From NCBI GenBank assembly GCA_963789265.1, contig CAWBKB010000006.1, positions 352,001 to 416,000 on the forward strand: DNA of 64,000 nucleotides. Direction: 5' to 3'. Shown in pieces: positions 61,488 to 64,000 of this stretch; within the stretch, counting starts at the first letter, position 1, and each line of letters opens with the position of its first letter. Both the position numbers and the translations under genes were made by a program. Source of the DNA: an uncultured delta proteobacterium (GTDB lineage Bacteria; Desulfobacterota; Desulfomonilia; Desulfomonilales; Desulfomonilaceae). Under the pieces are notes generated by a model. It saw only the letters and a program-made list of their open reading frames with translations. It ran no database searches and had not been told where the DNA came from.

Positions 61488-61642
61488 GATATAAGCTATG
61501 CGGCTGAATTGTCCGCGCTCGGAATTGTAGTCGCGTAAGAATTGGTTGAGAATGAGGGTAGTGGCTGGAACGGGCGTATTGCTATCCGAATGACTATTAT
61601 GAATATGGGAAATAACGGTATGTACTGGGACGGGGTCGGAAT

Positions 61643-63529
61643 ATGAAAACTAGTGTTTCGCTGTCCGAAGTTCATCGCACCGTATCAATTCCTGATGGAA
61701 AGCGCCTGCTGACACGTATGTTCGCCTTTTTCGGGCCCGCCTATTTGGTGAGTGTCGGCTATATGGATCCCGGCAATTGGGCGACCGATCTGGAGGGCGG
61801 ATCGAAGTTCGGTTATACGCTCATCTGGGTTCTGTTAGCATCCAACATCGCCGCGATAGTACTCCAAACTTTGGCCGCAAGGCTCGGAATTGTTACAGGC
61901 AGAGATTTGGCGCAGTCCTGTCGCGACCAGTACCCTCGTTCAGTTAATTACATGCTCTGGGTGTTGGCGGAAATTGGGATAGTGGCCTGCGATCTCGCGG
62001 AAGTGCTGGGAGGGGCAATCGGGATCAATCTCCTGTTCGGCATACCTCTCTTGTGGGGTGTAGTGCTTACAGGATTTGATGCGCTGCTCTTTCTGGCCAT
62101 TCAAAGTTTCGGGATTCGAAAATTCGAGAGTTTCATTCTGTCTTTGATTTTCACAATCGGTTTGTGCTTCGTATTTGAAATTTACTGGTCAGCTCCACAT
62201 TGGGGCGAGGCGGTCAAGGGTTTCGTCCCGAGTATACCCGCAGGAGCGCTTTACATTGTTGTCGGCATCATAGGAGCGACTGTGATGCCCCACAATTTGT
62301 ATCTGCATTCGGCTCTGGTACAAAGTCGAGCTTACAACACATCACCTGCAGGTAAACGACAGGCATGCCGTTTCAATTTTGTTGATTCCGCACTGGCTTT
62401 GAACGTCGCTTTTTTCATAAATGCGGCTATCCTGATCGTTTCCGCGGCAGCGTTCTACGGCAAGGGGACAGAGGTAACGGAACTCCAGCAGGCGCACAAG
62501 CTGCTCTCGCCTATGTTAGGGACAACTCTTGCGGGGGTCCTGTTTGCAATAGGTCTCATTTGCAGCGGCCAGGCCTCTACCATAACCGGTACTCTGGCAG
62601 GCCAGATTGTTATGGAGGGGTTTCTACATTTTAAGATCCGCCCGTTCTTAAGAAGATTAGTGACCCGTCTTCTAGCAATTGTACCGACAGTCTTGACGGT
62701 TCTGTTTATGGGTGCCGAGGGAAGCTACAAATTGTTGATCTTGAGCCAGGTCATCTTGAGTTTACAGCTCTCTTTTGCCATGATCCCACTTATCCATTTT
62801 ACCAACGACAAAAGGTTGATGGGGGATTTCGTCAACCGTTTCTGGCTAAAGATTCTCTCCTGGGCTGTGGCGCTCGGAATTCTAGGTCTGAATATTAAAC
62901 TCGTAAGCGATCAAATAGGAGAGTGGATACAATCCAGCCCAACGCCAACCTGGATATGGGCCACAATTGTGCCGCCGTTATGTATTCTCGGGCTGTTCCT
63001 CCTCTATATTTTTGTCCGACCCTTTATTCATCTGCCTGAAAAGGAGAAGCTTCCCGGATGGCGCACACTCAGTCATCTTATTCGCGCTGAAGAGGACAAG
63101 CTGGACCTGGAGGTGCACCGCTATAAGCGAATCGGGGTCGCTGTGGCGCACAACAAAGCAGATGAACGAGTCCTGAGCCATGCCCTGCCGGTTGCACGCC
63201 AGCACGATGCCTCACTCTATTTATTTCATGTAGTGGAAGGGGCGAGTAGCACGGTCTTCGGTGCTGACGCATTCGATGCCGAGACCAGACATGATGAAGA
63301 GTATCTCAGACAGCTCGCTGCCGCGCTCAACCACAGAGGGGTCGAAGTGGAGATTTTCTTGGGGTATGGAGAGGTGGCCAAGGAACTGATACGCATGGCT
63401 CAAGAGCAAGAAATTGATCTGTTGGTCATGGGCGGGCACGGACACAGGGGGCTCAGTGACCTTATATTCGGCAGCACCATCACGCCGGTGAGGCATGTTC
63501 TTGAAATACCCGTGCTTGTGGTCAGGTAG
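61643..63529 (+). CDS. mntH: Nramp divalent metal transporter with a C-terminal USP domain
   Basis: [31 protein letters not shown]-terminal [11 protein letters not shown]...FGS...PVLVV. Confidence 0.93.
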   Translation: MKTSVSLSEVHRTVSIPDGKRLLTRMFAFFGPAYLVSVGYMDPGNWATDLEGGSKFGYTLIWVLLASNIAAIVLQTLAARLGIVTGRDLAQSCRDQYPRSVNYMLWVLAEIGIVACDLAEVLGGAIGINLLFGIPLLWGVVLTGFDALLFLAIQSFGIRKFESFILSLIFTIGLCFVFEIYWSAPHWGEAVKGFVPSIPAGALYIVVGIIGATVMPHNLYLHSALVQSRAYNTSPAGKRQACRFNFVDSALALNVAFFINAAILIVSAAAFYGKGTEVTELQQAHKLLSPMLGTTLAGVLFAIGLICSGQASTITGTLAGQIVMEGFLHFKIRPFLRRLVTRLLAIVPTVLTVLFMGAEGSYKLLILSQVILSLQLSFAMIPLIHFTNDKRLMGDFVNRFWLKILSWAVALGILGLNIKLVSDQIGEWIQSSPTPTWIWATIVPPLCILGLFLLYIFVRPFIHLPEKEKLPGWRTLSHLIRAEEDKLDLEVHRYKRIGVAVAHNKADERVLSHALPVARQHDASLYLFHVVEGASSTVFGADAFDAETRHDEEYLRQLAAALNHRGVEVEIFLGYGEVAKELIRMAQEQEIDLLVMGGHGHRGLSDLIFGSTITPVRHVLEIPVLVVR

Positions 63530-63655
63530 AATTTAAAGGCACTCGCCGCGAAGGAAGACAAAGCCCACTACGGCTGCTGAAACTCCGGTTGATCGCCGCG
63601 CAGTCCGTACCCCGCCTTGCTCTCACCCAGTCGGGAGCCTTTTTCGAAATCTCGC

Positions 63656-64000
63656 CTAAGATTTCAGCATTGCCAGAAAAATCAAAGGCGCGATGGCAAT
63701 CCGATAAAACGCGTAAGGGACAAGGTTCCAGCGCTGAAGCAAAGCGATAAACGTCTTCACTGCGATAGAGGCTGACAAGAATGATACAATTATTCCAACC
63801 GTGAAACATCGGAATGTCAGAAGCGTGAAACAAGCTCCAATTCTTGTAGAGATCGAATATCGCGGCCGCGCTCAATATTGGAACAGCCGCGAGAAACGAA
63901 TATTCTGCAGCAATCCGGCGATCGAGACCGCAGAACAGACCCCCGACAATTGTAGAAGCTGAACGGGACATTCCAGGCCACAATGCCAAGCACTGAAAAA
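63656..64000 (-). CDS. uppP: Undecaprenyl-diphosphate phosphatase, 3' part; frameshift near 63805
   Basis: [24 protein letters not shown]; shifted frame gives PYAFYRI. Confidence 0.88.

Overview
A ~53% GC bacterial chromosomal window. Gene content and style suggest a Desulfomonile-like deltaproteobacterium (inference). It carries housekeeping genes (glgC, mreB, surA-like, mfd, HU, rpoH, valS, birA, queA, prmC, greA, mntH, uppP), an ECF sigma/anti-sigma unit, an EtfAB/acyl-CoA dehydrogenase cluster, a thiolase-DUF35-glcD-glcF-lactate permease cluster, two toxin-antitoxin/defence-remnant patches, a REP-associated-type HUH transposase and an IS1182-family element. Several genes have single-base frameshifts that look like sequencing errors. 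The intergenic DNA is crowded with nested palindromic repeats: GTAG-type REPs, other palindrome families, and MITEs with IS1182-, IS66- and IS630-like ends carrying interchangeable palindromic cargo. The most unusual signal is an 18-20 nt hairpin (ATCCCGCG-N3-5-CGCGGGA) present about 10 times. Every copy I found sits inside another repeat, and where an intact reference exists it replaces part of that repeat. No rRNA, tRNA or CRISPR array was recognised.
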